The notes under the pieces were generated by a model that was given only the letters and a program-made list of their open reading frames with translations, made no database searches and was not told the DNA's origin. The position numbers and the translations under genes were made by a program. From Chlorokybus atmophyticus (taxonomy: Eukaryota; Plantae; Mesostigma and Chlorokybus algae), in the NCBI GenBank assembly GCA_009103225.1, contig RHPI01002402.1, forward strand, positions 1 to 64,000: a stretch of 64,000 nucleotides of DNA. The letters run 5' to 3'. Below, one piece after another: positions 21,443 through 36,825 of the stretch. Position 1 is the stretch's first letter. The number at the start of each line of letters is the position of its first letter.

Positions 21443-23381
21443 TCATGCATGGCCTTCCTCAATCTTCTTGAATTTACTCATGTCGGTCGTCTCCACACTG
21501 AGGGAAAAGCAACCGGAGACTTACAATAACATTCATCAATGGTTGCATGACTGAGGAATAGTAGACTGCTTCGTACTGAGATTGACAATTATACCAACAA
21601 CGGCACAAGCTTACGTGTTGCCAAACAGCTGAATCTTTGAGAGTTCCGTCACGTCTGTCCCTTTCTGATTGCTCTCGATGAATATTGTCAAACTGCGTGC
21701 ACCCATTGTGCAGATGTAAAGCAGCATACACTGTTGTATGGTATAATAGGTAATTGGAAAGAGTGCGAATGCATACCTTCGCACGCTTTGAAACTTTACG
21801 TAGTACAACTGAAGAGGTTCGCCCTGCGCACAAACAAAAGAGACTTTGTAACACAAAAATGCTGTGACAAAAGTTTTGGCATACCGATACATTGAGTGCA
21901 GAAGGTTTCAAATCTTTACATGAAACTGTACCGTTTCAACTTGAGAGGGGCTTAGTTCCAGCGTTTGCGTTGCAGGATCGCTCCCCGCTTCACTGCCGGT
22001 AAAACACTTCAGTGTCATACAATCCTTCAAGACAAACACGACAGCCCCTGTTCTCCACACCCACCCCAACACACGCAGATGCAACGTGTCTTCCTGTTGG
22101 AATAATGCAAGAGCAGCCACCTTCTGTTATATCGTCAATACGCACCTGAACCCTATACTGTGCGTGTTGATAAACAACTTCACCACCCTTGGCCCCGACC
22201 CTGCACACAACAATGAAAATTGGTCAGCCATATACTAGACAACAAACACAACTTCCAACAACAACACCGTCAACCAGTCTCTCTCTCTCACTCACTGTCA
22301 TTATTGGTTTCTTCCTCTGAAGAAGCAGCAGTTGCGGCTTTGAATGCGATAGAGTGCAGTCGGATCATCTGATTGAACGGCACGTAAAGAAGCAGCTGCT
22401 CGTCCGCGTCGCTCGCAAGGCGGAGACCATCATCCTCCCTGTACCCCTTTTTATGTTGGGGATCGATGGGTTATTGAGGTGTCATGGCGTTTGAAGTGAT
22501 CAGACTGTAGGTCTGGTTGTCAATATACTAAAGACACGGAGATGGCGAATAATGCATACAGATGATGCAGGGCGGTTTCGTCAAAGCAAAAGAGGGGGCA
22601 GAGGAACAGGAAAGCAGTGATGCAGTTACGCACGAGAATGTACAGTCCAAATCAGATCCAATTCATGTGTTTAGTTGCTTGTGCTCAATCATACGGTTCA
22701 TACCAGTGCCAGCATAGTTCAACAACAACAGAGAATCTCGCTTCACACCTAACGATTCTATCAGGCGCATTGCGGAACAACCGGGAAAATAGACATAAGA
22801 TCATCAGTAACTCTATGAAAAGGTCAGAAACACCCATGTAAATGTAAGTCGCCCTGACTATTCGTTCTCACCTGTTTGAGGACATTCTGCCATGTGTGAC
22901 TCGGATGCTCGTTCAGGCATTCCACCGACTGCCACTCTATGAAATCCAGGAGATCAACCTGTTTGTAGCAGACGTCATGAGTCTCAACGACGACAACAAC
23001 AACAGCAGTAGCAGTTATAGTAATAACGCGACAGTCACGCTGAACATCGCTGATAGCGACAGCAATGACATTGACAGTGACAGCAATAGCAGTAGCGGTA
23101 GTTGTTGGCGTGATAATGTTTGGTGAGTAATAACAGAGATGACAACCATCACAACGATATCGTCAACGTGATAGTCATCAATAAAAACAGCCTCTTGCAT
23201 AGAACACAACGATTGAAGCGCAGCTTAGGTTGAGCGTCAGATGAGGTGCGAGCAGGACAGCTTCAGCATAGTCAGCATGCACAAATGCTGTGCGTGTATG
23301 TGCTGCTGGAACACAATATCGCCGGAAACAAACACCAACAAAGCATGCGAACAAAGTCCACACCTGCCCCTTAGCAGCCAT
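21443..23381 (-). CDS. PITH-domain protein (TXNL1/PITHD1-like, PITH only), 7 coding exons
   Basis: MAAKGQ|[29 protein letters not shown]|[36 protein letters not shown]...|[15 protein letters not shown]|[26 protein letters not shown]|[18 protein letters not shown], with consistent splice phases. Confidence 0.93.
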
Positions 23382-23790
23382 GCTGATAACGCAACCAGCA
23401 GCGCGAATCACCACCGCCGCCGCCGCCGCCGCACCCCAACTTTGAGGTAGATTACAGCACGACAACTACGCTAGGTTGCGTGTAACCCCAGCGACCTCCA
23501 CAACGACAACGCCAACGACAACAACAACAACAACAACGCGCCAGCATCCACCGCACCGCAAAACCCAACTCTAATGACAATCCATGCCAATTTGCCAAAC
23601 ATCGATGCCTCTGCTGGCATTCGCGCCTTGAGAAAGCGCTAGAGTCCCAATCACTTCGGTAAACCCGATTGGCGCCGGGTCAGGTCAGTCCCAATGAGTC
23701 TTTTCTTCTGACCTAGGACCAGGCCGTCACGTGACCCCGGACTAGAGGGTTGTTGCGGCGGCGGCGGCGGCGGCGGCGGCGTTGGTAGCG

Positions 23791-25549
23791 ATGGCGGATG
23801 CGGAGGTGCTTGGGTCGTCTCGGTCCTTCACGGCCAGGGGGAGTGGTAGTGTAGGTGAGGTGAACGCTGAGCGGGAGAAGGACTTGGAGTCGGCCAGGCT
23901 GGTGGCGGAGATTAATAGGCGGAAGACGGCCCTGTTTGAGATCGCCGCACAGGTGGGTTGGAGGAGTATACATGGATTGGGGGTTGGGGATGAGAGTCGT
24001 TTCAATTACGTTTTGTGGTTGTGAGTGCTGACTTGAAGTTGTTAGTAGTAGTGTGCACGACGTTGGCAATGTTGCTTCCTGAAGTACTCTTTTTGGCTTT
24101 GGGGTTATCTCAGTGCCTGGGGTAAATAGCCACTGCATGTTCTGATCTCATGACACTGCATTTCATCAATGTTGATATACCAAACGCGAGATGGCAAGCA
24201 TTCATGGCCTGCTGCTATGTAGTCACCTGCTGTGTACACCACAATCTCTGATGAACGGCCGTGCCATAGAACCATGCCGATTACGCACACGCACGTAACT
24301 TGCAATAGAGCTGCTAGAAAGCGTGCTCAAGCGAAAAGGGGCCAGATGTGTTGCACACCAATACAACCCATGCATGCAAGCACACGCGAGCACACCCAGC
24401 TTGCACATGCACGCACTGCAGGTTCAATGAGACACAAGGGTCGTACGCGCATGCACACACATACATAGCCGCACATCAATGGTAACATGCTTAGTTACAA
24501 CACCGCGCTCATGCAACATACAGAAACTCGAACAAAAGCCGGGTTTCCGTAAGCTATTGTCATCACACCCATTGTGGTAGGCATGATGCATGCGTCACAT
24601 AATAATGTCAAGATGGCTGGTGAACTAGATCTCTCATGATGTTGCATCAACCCAACCAATCACATTGGTATGCTGTGTCCCCAATACCATTAACCCGNNN
24701 NNNNNNNNNNNNNNNNNNNNNNNNNNNNNNNNNNNNNNNNNNNNNNNNNNNNNNNNNNNNNNNNNNNNNNNNNNNNNNNNNNNNNNNNNNNNNNNNNNNN
24801 NNNNNNNNNNNNNNNNNNNNNNNNNNNNNNNNNNNNNNNNNNNNNNNNNNNNNNNNNNNNNNNNNNNNNNNNNNNNNNNNNNNNNNNNNNNNNNNNNNNN
24901 NNNNNNNNNNNNNNNNNNNNNNNNNNNNNNNNNNNNNNNNNNNNNNNNNNNNNNNNNNNNNNNNNNNNNNNNNNNNNNNNNNNNNNNNNNNNNNNNNNNN
25001 NNNNNNNNNNNNNNNNNNNNNNNNNNNNNNNNNNNNNNNNNNNNNNNNNNNNNNNNNNNNNNNNNNNNNNNNNNNNNNNNNNNNNNNNNNNNNNNNNNNN
25101 NNNNNNNNNNNNNNNNNNNNNNNNNNNNNNNNNNNNNNNNNNNNNNNNNNNNNNNNNNNNNNNNNNNNNNNNNNNNNNNNNNNNNNNNNNNNNNNNNNNN
25201 NNNNNNNNNNNNNNNNNNNNNNNNNNNNNNNNNNNNNNNNNNNNNNNNNNNNNNNNNNNNNNNNNNNNNNNNNNNNNNNNNNNNNNNNNNNNNNNNNNNN
25301 NNNNNNNNNNNNNNNNNNNNNNNNNNNNNNNNNNNNNNNNNNNNNNNNCCACTCTCATCTCAGGTCTCTCCCCAGTCGATGCGCGCCCCCGCCGGTTCCC
25401 CCCTCCACCGTCCCCTCGTCTCCGCCTGCTCTCTTGTAGACTTTGTCGACGGGGGCGCGTACTGGGAGGCCGTGAGACGGGTGTTCGGGGAGGAGGCGTT
25501 GGGACGGGGACGGAGGGCGGCGGGGAGGGCCATGGGGAGAGATGCGTAA
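23791..25549 (+). CDS. Hypothetical protein, partly in an assembly gap; no family recognised
   Basis: Exon 23791-23952 MADAEVLGSS...EINRRKTALFEIAAQ ends at a CAG|GTGGGT donor. A GC-rich coding-like exon ~25371-25549 (...DFVDGGAYWEAVRRVFGEEALG...*) follows the gap. The linkage between the two is assumed. Confidence 0.4.
24698..25348. other. Assembly gap (651 N)
   Basis: Run of N. Confidence 1.
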
Positions 25550-27818
25550 TGGATACTGTGTGCATGTACCCATGTATGTGTATAGGTGTACAATCCTGCT
25601 GTGAATTTCTCTCTGGCTGTACTTGTTTTCTCTGGCTCTGCCGCGTTTGTAGCCAGCTGGTCAGGGTGCCCAGGGTGCGTATGTGGCCGTTGACAGCCCA
25701 ACGCTGTGCGGAATACAAGCGAAGCAGATACACTGTAGTTGTGGTGTGGAGTCGTGTTGGCCAAGCTCAAACAGCCAGCTTCACAGCTTTTGGCCGCAAT
25801 CGCATCGGTTGTTGTTGTGTGGGCAGAGGCTCCACAAAGGCAATGATTGTTGAGATTGAAGGCGTGCGCGCGCTGTAAGTCACAGGGCTCTGCCACTTCC
25901 TCACTTGCTTTCTGCTGCTTACACTTCACAAGTTGCTCTCCCCGTAGTGGTCAGGATAACCTGTGAAATTGCCGAGTGTTTGCAGGTCAGGTGGTGTCAG
26001 CCATTCACCGTGCCTGCTTTGCACATGCACGCACACACGCACATACGCCCATGGGCACACATGCCCACACCTGCACACGCACGCACACACCTACACGCGC
26101 AGGCAGGCAGGCGCGTGGATGTGCTTTCTATTGCATCAGCAAGCTCAAGTCCTGTTACACCGCTATGCGCGTGTGCATGTCTAGGCGAGGCGGACTAGTG
26201 TTGCATACCTACGACTGCGTGCTGTGCTATGACCAATGGCCGGCTTTATTGTATCGTACACCTACATACAGCACGAGCACGCACGCCTCACCCCTCGCCC
26301 TGCCTGACTGCCTGCTCGCTGGTTGTTGGTGTCGTTGCTGCGAGCCTACGCCAAAGGGTCTAACCACGGCTTGCCTGCTGTGCTACAGGTCTGCTTTGCT
26401 CTGCCTTGCCTCTCATTGCCCCCGCCCGACATTGCATGCACTTAGCTACAGCACGTGCTTGTAGCTAGCAGGTAGCAAGTGCCCCCGGTTGTAATTGCAC
26501 TTGTAACGCCTGCTCTCATTGCCTGTGGTGTGCTGCCTTGGTTGTTCCTAGCTAGCCTATGACATGCTTGGCATCTGCGATACATATTAGCTTACATACA
26601 ACGTATACCATCTCTACAACAGCACAGCACAGCACAGCACAGCACAGCAACACACTCATCCCACTACCCATCCCACCCGCCACGCCTTGCCTTGCTGTCG
26701 CTGCTGCGTTGCTGCTGTGGTTGCAGTCCTGGTCCCACTGGCTCTAACTACCGGCGCCTGTTGCTACAGGTTTGTACACGGTTGCTTTGCCATCCTGCCC
26801 TGCCCTGCCCTGCCTCGCCCATCCCTCCGCCCCACTCACATGCACTTAGTTGGCACATAGTTAGCTTGTAAGCTCCTGGTGGAATCAAAGGCCTACCCCC
26901 TGCATGTGCCTTGCTGCTGTGCCCTGCCACGCTGCCACATGAAAAAGTGATTGCAGTTGGTGAGGGTACATGCTAGCTGAGCGCGCCCGTCTTGGGCAAT
27001 GCGCGGTGAGGCTGGGTGCGTGTGCCTAACCCTGTTGCATCATTGGTCCTGTGTGTGGTGCTAGCTGGTGTTTCTGCTTTGCTGCTTGCTTGCTTCCTAA
27101 TTGGCCCCATTGGCATACCCTATGCTTGCATCTGCCACTTAGATAAGCCTGTATACCATCTCTACACGAAACCGCGCAAAGAGCAACACAAGCCACTACA
27201 GTAGCGAGAAGCAAGACCTTGCTTATAGCAATGTGGAACACAATGCCAAAAACATCCAAAGGCTGTGCACCCCTGCTGTGCTGCTGCATGCTGTGTGTAG
27301 TATGCTATGATAAGCCATCCATGCATGTGCGCATTGCACTTGCACGCAATGTATGTACACACAGACCAGTCTCCTCCCTCTCCTCCTCCTTGTCGTGCTG
27401 CCAGCAGCCAGGCCAAGCCATTCCTTAAGCCTAGCTTACACGCGTCTGCATGGCGAGCGAGCACCTTACCGCCGCCGCCGCCGCCGCTTACCTGCACATC
27501 AACGCCAAGCTGCACAGAGGGGCAGGGGTAGGGTGGGTGGGACATGCTTGGCCAGGGGCACAGCGGCGGCGGTGGCCGGGGTGGATGAAGAGGGTCATGG
27601 CGTCCAGGTCGTGCATTGTACTTGGGTGGTCCGACTGCTTGGGCTAAGGCATGCCATGCCAGGCTGGGCTGGGACTGCGGCGGCGAACTGGACTCTGGCC
27701 TGGCCTGGTCTGGTGGCTGCTTGCCGGTCCCACCCTGGTTTGGGTTGGCGTAGAGGATCAGCTTAACATCTTTAGAAGATTTTCTTGAAACAACCACAAA
27801 GGGTGCGAGATTGAAGCA

Positions 27819-31231
<3,413 letters not shown>

Positions 31232-32430
31232 TGCAAGCAGTGACTGCCAGCCTGCTGCCACTTGCATCGCAGTAGGCTAGCATGTGTTGCAGCAAAGTCT
31301 AAACAGTTATTGTTGTACATAGTGAGGGTTGATGACTGAGACCGACTTTAGAGGCTAAGCCCAGATCAAGGCCGAAAGCTAGCCGTATACCTTAAACGTA
31401 TTCGTTCCAGTACTGCAGGGTGTCCAATAGTACAGTATTCAGGACCTCTCTTCGCAAACACTTTCTCTCTATGGAGGCAATCTTGAGCGTAATTGTATGC
31501 ATGAGGCCACACTGCACATGCAGCACAACTCTCTACTACCATTGATAAGTGTTGGCTGTCAGTGCCTAACCGCACACATCACAACCCTAGACACACACCT
31601 TACCATACCCCTTATATACACCCTGTTAGCCATGCAGTGCAGTGCCAAAAGCAACAGCAATTGCAAAGTACATGGGGAGCAGTGAAGTATGCCCATGTTG
31701 TCCGCATGGAGCCGCGCTGCATAGGGAGTGGCCGTGCTTACCGTACATGCATGCATGCGTGCGTGTACTGACACAAACCCTAAGAACGGCAGTATGCGGG
31801 CGGAGGTGGCAGCGAGGATGTGGGCGAAGAAGGAGGGGGAGTCCGTGGAGTCTGCTGCTGTGGACTTTGGTGCGAGGATGGGCCGCTAACCAACAGGCGT
31901 GCTACAGGTGATTCAGTCGACAATTGCATGCATGCATGTCTAACAGAGTGGGGTAGTTGGTTAGTTAGTTAGGCCGTAAAGTAGAGTTGCCCGGTGGTTG
32001 CTGTGGTCGGCTTGAGGTATGTAGTGAACTGCCATGCATGCTATTTTTAGACATGATCAATGTGTGCAAGGCGTTTCATTGCATGTCTAGAATTGTTTTG
32101 AAGATTTATGTACACATACATGTAACTATGCTGCACAAGCGCCGCGTCCGCCTCAGTTGTCGGAGGGCCTTGAGCCATAGGACCCCCATGCAGTGTCCAT
32201 ACCTACAGACACAGATGCGACTGCACCGACATGGACACCAAGAAGTTCTGGAACACATACCGCGCACTCAATGCTATCGCCCATAACGAACCACCTGGTC
32301 ACTGTGCAACCTGGTGAGCACAGCCAGAGTCCATCTACTGGTACCAAATGTACAAACTAACACGCATGCAAATTCGACAACCTATGCCTACTCTACCCTA
32401 TCCTTAACAGCAATGCCTATCATGACTTAA

Positions 32431-34211
32431 TTACAGCCGGTAATGCGCAATCTGGACCTCCTCACCGAGATCAGCGTAATCCCCCTCAAACCGCCTTCTC
32501 CTGAACCCGCCCCAGTTGACGGGTCGGTAGCGGCGCGGGTGCTGTGCATCGATGAGGGTGGGTAACGGTTCACAGTCGCTAGCGTACGACGGGTTGTAGA
32601 AGAACGGGGCTGAATAGCGCTCCTTTGCAGTGTTGGCTAGCACCCGGTGCAGCGGGGCTGGGTACCGACCGTTGGACCAGACCTGATGTGGCACTGAGAT
32701 GTCAGCTTGAGTCCGTGCTTACGGGGGAAAAAGTGACACAAAAGCTAATCAGTAACCACGTCATCCCAACCTGCATCATGTCGCCGATGTTGATGACGAA
32801 TGCGCCCTTTAAGGGCTGCACACCAACCCAGTCAGGGTCGTCATATCGGAGGCCCGACCCGTCACCCTTGCCAATATACACCTGATGGGCGGTGTCAGTC
32901 ATGCAAGTATGCAAATTCGAGGAGCAACCACAAGTATGTGTGTGCCTGCGCCCATGCACGCATACACGCGAACGTGCATGTGCACACACGCACGTGCGCT
33001 AAAAGGAGCTGATGCTTCACTACGACGACCCGCCCTGTACTACTCCCCTACCTGTAGCCCAGGCTGGTCTTGCACCAAGATCGTCAGCATGCCCGCATCC
33101 GAGTGTCGGCTTATGCCAAGATTAGCTTCAGGGCTAGGGCAGGGGGCTGAAAGAACGCAACGCGGATCGTCAGGCCATACCACCATCATACCACTCCTAA
33201 CAGCATGCACTCCTCATAACATACGGTAGTAGTTGAGTCGCAGGAAGCTCGTATGCGCGCCATCGTCAAAGTGCCTCGCCAGCGTGTCCGCAGGCACACC
33301 AAGGCTCTGGCAGATGAGCCGCAGCAGCCGTTGTGCCAAACCCTCCATAGCCTGTCCATGCATGTGTACACGTCAGCGCTACACTGTAAGCCACCAAACT
33401 TGAGATGAAACACATTAGGTGAGGGGATGCACCACAACCTACCACAATTCATGCGTATGCTGGGTAACAATAATTGAACAAATGTTGTTTGCAGTCAGAG
33501 ACAACTAACTGGACCTTAAAGTATGTCTTCATTGTGGCCTCAAAGACAGGCAGCTCCTGTGGCCACTGGTTGGTTCCATCAATCTGCGAGCAGCCACACC
33601 GTATCAGTGGCAGACTGATAAGAAGTGACACCAGCAATTGCTTTGATACCTCACTTGTGCCCTCTTGACCAAAGTCCAAACCCTCTTTCCAATCCAGCTT
33701 GTTCTTGGTGAACTCTGCATGCAACGACGGTAGTGTGGCGGTGAACACGCATCGACTCGATCATTGCTCAGAGACATGCTAGCTTGCATCCAACCACACA
33801 CAATCACACACCAACCATCGTTGAAAAAACCCCTGCTGTTGTTTGCTGTCCGCTTGACTTTCAGCCTCTCCTCCAGCGGCAGGGCAAAGAAGGCCCGCTG
33901 CTGTGCCTCAAAGTCATGGAGGAGAGCCTCCGGCAAGCCATGGTTGACAATCTACACGACACAATTGTACGTCAGCATGCAACTTCTCACCCTCATGCAT
34001 AAGCTTCACACAGCATCTTTGCTGTCAAGGCATGCTGACTGACCTGAAAGAAGCCCCACTTGCTGCAAGCATGGCCAATCTCGCCAACCACCTCTGGCGT
34101 GTCGCCGCGTTGGAGGTCAATCACAGGCACGCCTTCGAGATAGCTCTTAGCAGCTGCCTCTGCAGCACCACCATCCCTACTCTCCACCGCCACCGCCGCT
34201 GCCGCCACCAT
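32431..34211 (-). CDS. 2-oxoglutarate/Fe(II)-dependent dioxygenase (DIOX_N + 2OG-FeII_Oxy, IPNS-like)
   Basis: VPVIDL...ACSKWGFFQ|IVNHG; DWKEGLDFG; LRLNYYPPCP; HSD (HxD); VINIGDMMQ|VWSNGRY; LHRV; RYSAPFF. Confidence 0.95.
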
Positions 34212-34382
34212 GCTGCCAAACACTGCCACGTGTGTAACATAACAAACATGATAGTGGCTGACTGGATATCTTTGCAACCAGCTGATCAAGACCTCAAGTC
34301 GATATCGTTGTATTTCTGATATCTAGTAGCCTGAAGCGTTCTGTTTCGCAAGTTTGATATCAGCGTTTCTGGCCACCTGGCA

Positions 34383-34391
34383 TTAGGGTTT
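34383..34391 (-). promoter_or_regulatory. Telo-box (AAACCCTAA) in the short divergent promoter, 69 bp upstream of the COX6b ATG
   Basis: ttagggttt on +. Telo-boxes are established in plant promoters of translation and respiratory-chain genes; function here is inferred. Confidence 0.45.
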
Positions 34392-34459
34392 CGAACCCAT
34401 CTTTAGGACTGTTGCCGGGAGGAAGTGCCGGCGGCGGTGGTGGCGGTGGACGTGGCGCG

Positions 34460-35718
34460 ATGGGTAACACCGTTGCACGCATGGAGGAGGCGCCCCAAGA
34501 GGACGCCTCATCCATCCTTGACAAGCCAAAGGCTGTGGTGAGCGATTAAGCTGGGTTTATTTTACTTTCTTTACGTTGATGCTTTGTGCATTTGTGCATT
34601 GCGTTGGTGTGATGATGGCTGAAGCTTGTGCTTGCTTCCCGCTCAGCTTGATAAGGCTCTTCAGAACATTAACCTGACGGAGGCTAAGGAAGAGGCTCCT
34701 GCCGCCCCTGCCGACGCTCCAGCGGCGGAAGAGGCGGAGGCCCCCGCAGCCGCCCCTGCTGCAGAGGAGGAGGCGCCCGCAGCTGAAGAAGCGCCTGCTG
34801 CTGAGGAGGCGCCCGCCGCCGAGGTGGAGGAGGAGGCTCCTGCGGAAGAGGAGCAGGAGGAGGAGGAAAAGTCTGCTCTCACGGTACGTGATTGCACAGA
34901 TCTAGCCCATGCACGTTTTAAAAGCAAAAATGACGTATCAATCATTAGACCTTGCATGGCATAGGCAACGGCTCTTCAGTGTAACTCACTTTGTAGCTCT
35001 TGGTATCTAACGAAGCTTACTATGCCTAGTAAGCTGGTGGGTACCTCCAGTGATTAAATGAATGATATGAAGTGAGCATACCACAGGAGCTCAACTTGAT
35101 TATACTAGCATCACTTTTGAGTGACAATCGCATGCACTAGGAGGTCTTGATGCACAACTACCGATCGCACTATCACAGTAATTACCTTAGCACTGATTGT
35201 TTTCTTGCTTTTGCAGGTTGAGGACATCAAAACAGCACCCCTGGATTACCGCTTCCCAACCACCAACCAGGCCAAGCATTGCTACACACGCTACAACGAG
35301 TACTACAAGTACGCATGCAGATTGCATGGCATGAGCTTGTATCGTGGTGTTCAGGTCACGGGTATCTCGTGCCTATTGCAATACAACACTGTCGCATCTG
35401 GTTGCTGCTCATCTTTCTCTGCTCGGCATGTGGCTTCATGTGTGGTGTTGTTTTGCATGCTTTATTTATTTTTCCATGGCCGACGCTCAACGTTGTGCAG
35501 GTGCGTCAAGGACAAGGGTGAGGACAGCGCTGACTGTGCTAAGTACCAGAGGTGGTACCGATCACTCTGCCCGAATGAATGGGTAAGTCCTACAGCAGGA
35601 CCTCTGTTCAGGACTAGTGTTTTGTTGGTTGGTGCTTGACGTGTTTGTTGCTGCTTGATTACAGGTGGAAAGATGGGAGGAGTTGCGCGCGGAGGGAGCG
35701 TTCCCTGGACGATACTAG
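34460..35718 (+). CDS. COX6B: Cytochrome c oxidase subunit 6b, long plant-type form with an acidic Ala/Glu/Pro N-terminal extension
   Basis: IKTAPLDYRFPTTNQAKHCYTRYNEYYKCVKDKGEDSADCAKYQRWYRSLCPNEWVERWEELRAEGAFPGRY* (twin Cx9C/Cx10C). Confidence 0.97.
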
Positions 35719-36825
35719 TTTGCGGGTGGTTGTAAGTTTGATTGTGTAGAGCAGCACTACCAACATGCGGCTTGTACATTAGCGGGCCGCATATGGAGGT
35801 CACACGGTTGTCTCATGGTTTGGTGAATTTGATTGGACGAAATGTTGGTTGTAGGAGTGCTCCAATGGGAGTTGTCTCTGCTGTGCCTAAGCCATGGCAA
35901 TGCTGTCCAAATTGTTTAGTTCGTTAGATCCGTGACAATTGCGGCGCATACAATTAGCCTTGATGGTTCCACACTGGGTTTGCCAGGCTGTAGGTATTGC
36001 GGTTGCCGCAAGGAGTGTACACACGTGGGCATTGACGAGCAACTTGCAGACTTCCACGCGCTTGCACATTTATATGGGCAAGTGGTCACAGCAACAAACT
36101 GCTCCAGCGACATCCACGATCATCTATGTGAGATGGGAAGGCTTTGGGCCTTTCATGTACATTATGCACATGTGCGGCGCAAGCAAATATTTCGACTAGG
36201 GACCCAAAGTGCAACAACCAAACCGTATGCGTATGGGGTGCTCCATCATACTGCTTACTGCATTGCTACTACTGCACCGCTACATCTACTGACTACCGTT
36301 GTTAACGCTGCCCTGGTCGTGTTGTACAGGTAGTTGCACGTGCATGCATGTGTGTTGCACGGGGTAGTGAAGGTAGATAAGTAGTGAACATGGACATCCC
36401 GGTGGTGAATATAACAATGCGATGGTGTAGTGTGCGGACTGCATGCATGTTTGCTACATTCATGCATGGCACAATCCTTGCATACTACACTATATACATG
36501 CTGGCGCAAGCGATGTTGACATGCGCAATCTGTTGCTGCGTTGCTTCTCATGCATGCACACCATCATCACAAACACCAACACCATTTACATCTACTACTG
36601 CCAGGCTATGTGTCTACTCTCCGTAAGCCAGGCTACGCATGCACAGCCCCCAACAATGAGCAGTAGCTGCAATACTTGTTTTACGGTGCCGATTGTGTGC
36701 AAGTTTTCATGTACATGTCGCCGATTGAGCAATGAGCACTCCACCACCACCACCACCACCACCATCTACCGCTGTGAACGAATAGCAACACGACTGCCAG
36801 TCTCATCCCCATCACATAAACCCGA

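Noticed and set aside
24636-25733. Long ORFs made of X in the ORF track (also 9964-10350 and 37773-38826)
   Set aside because: Artefacts of translating N gaps.
25560-27780. Possible minus-strand gene with mini-exon LGVDVQ and other short ORFs
   Set aside because: No consistent exon chain or recognisable motif; mostly low-complexity host-type sequence.
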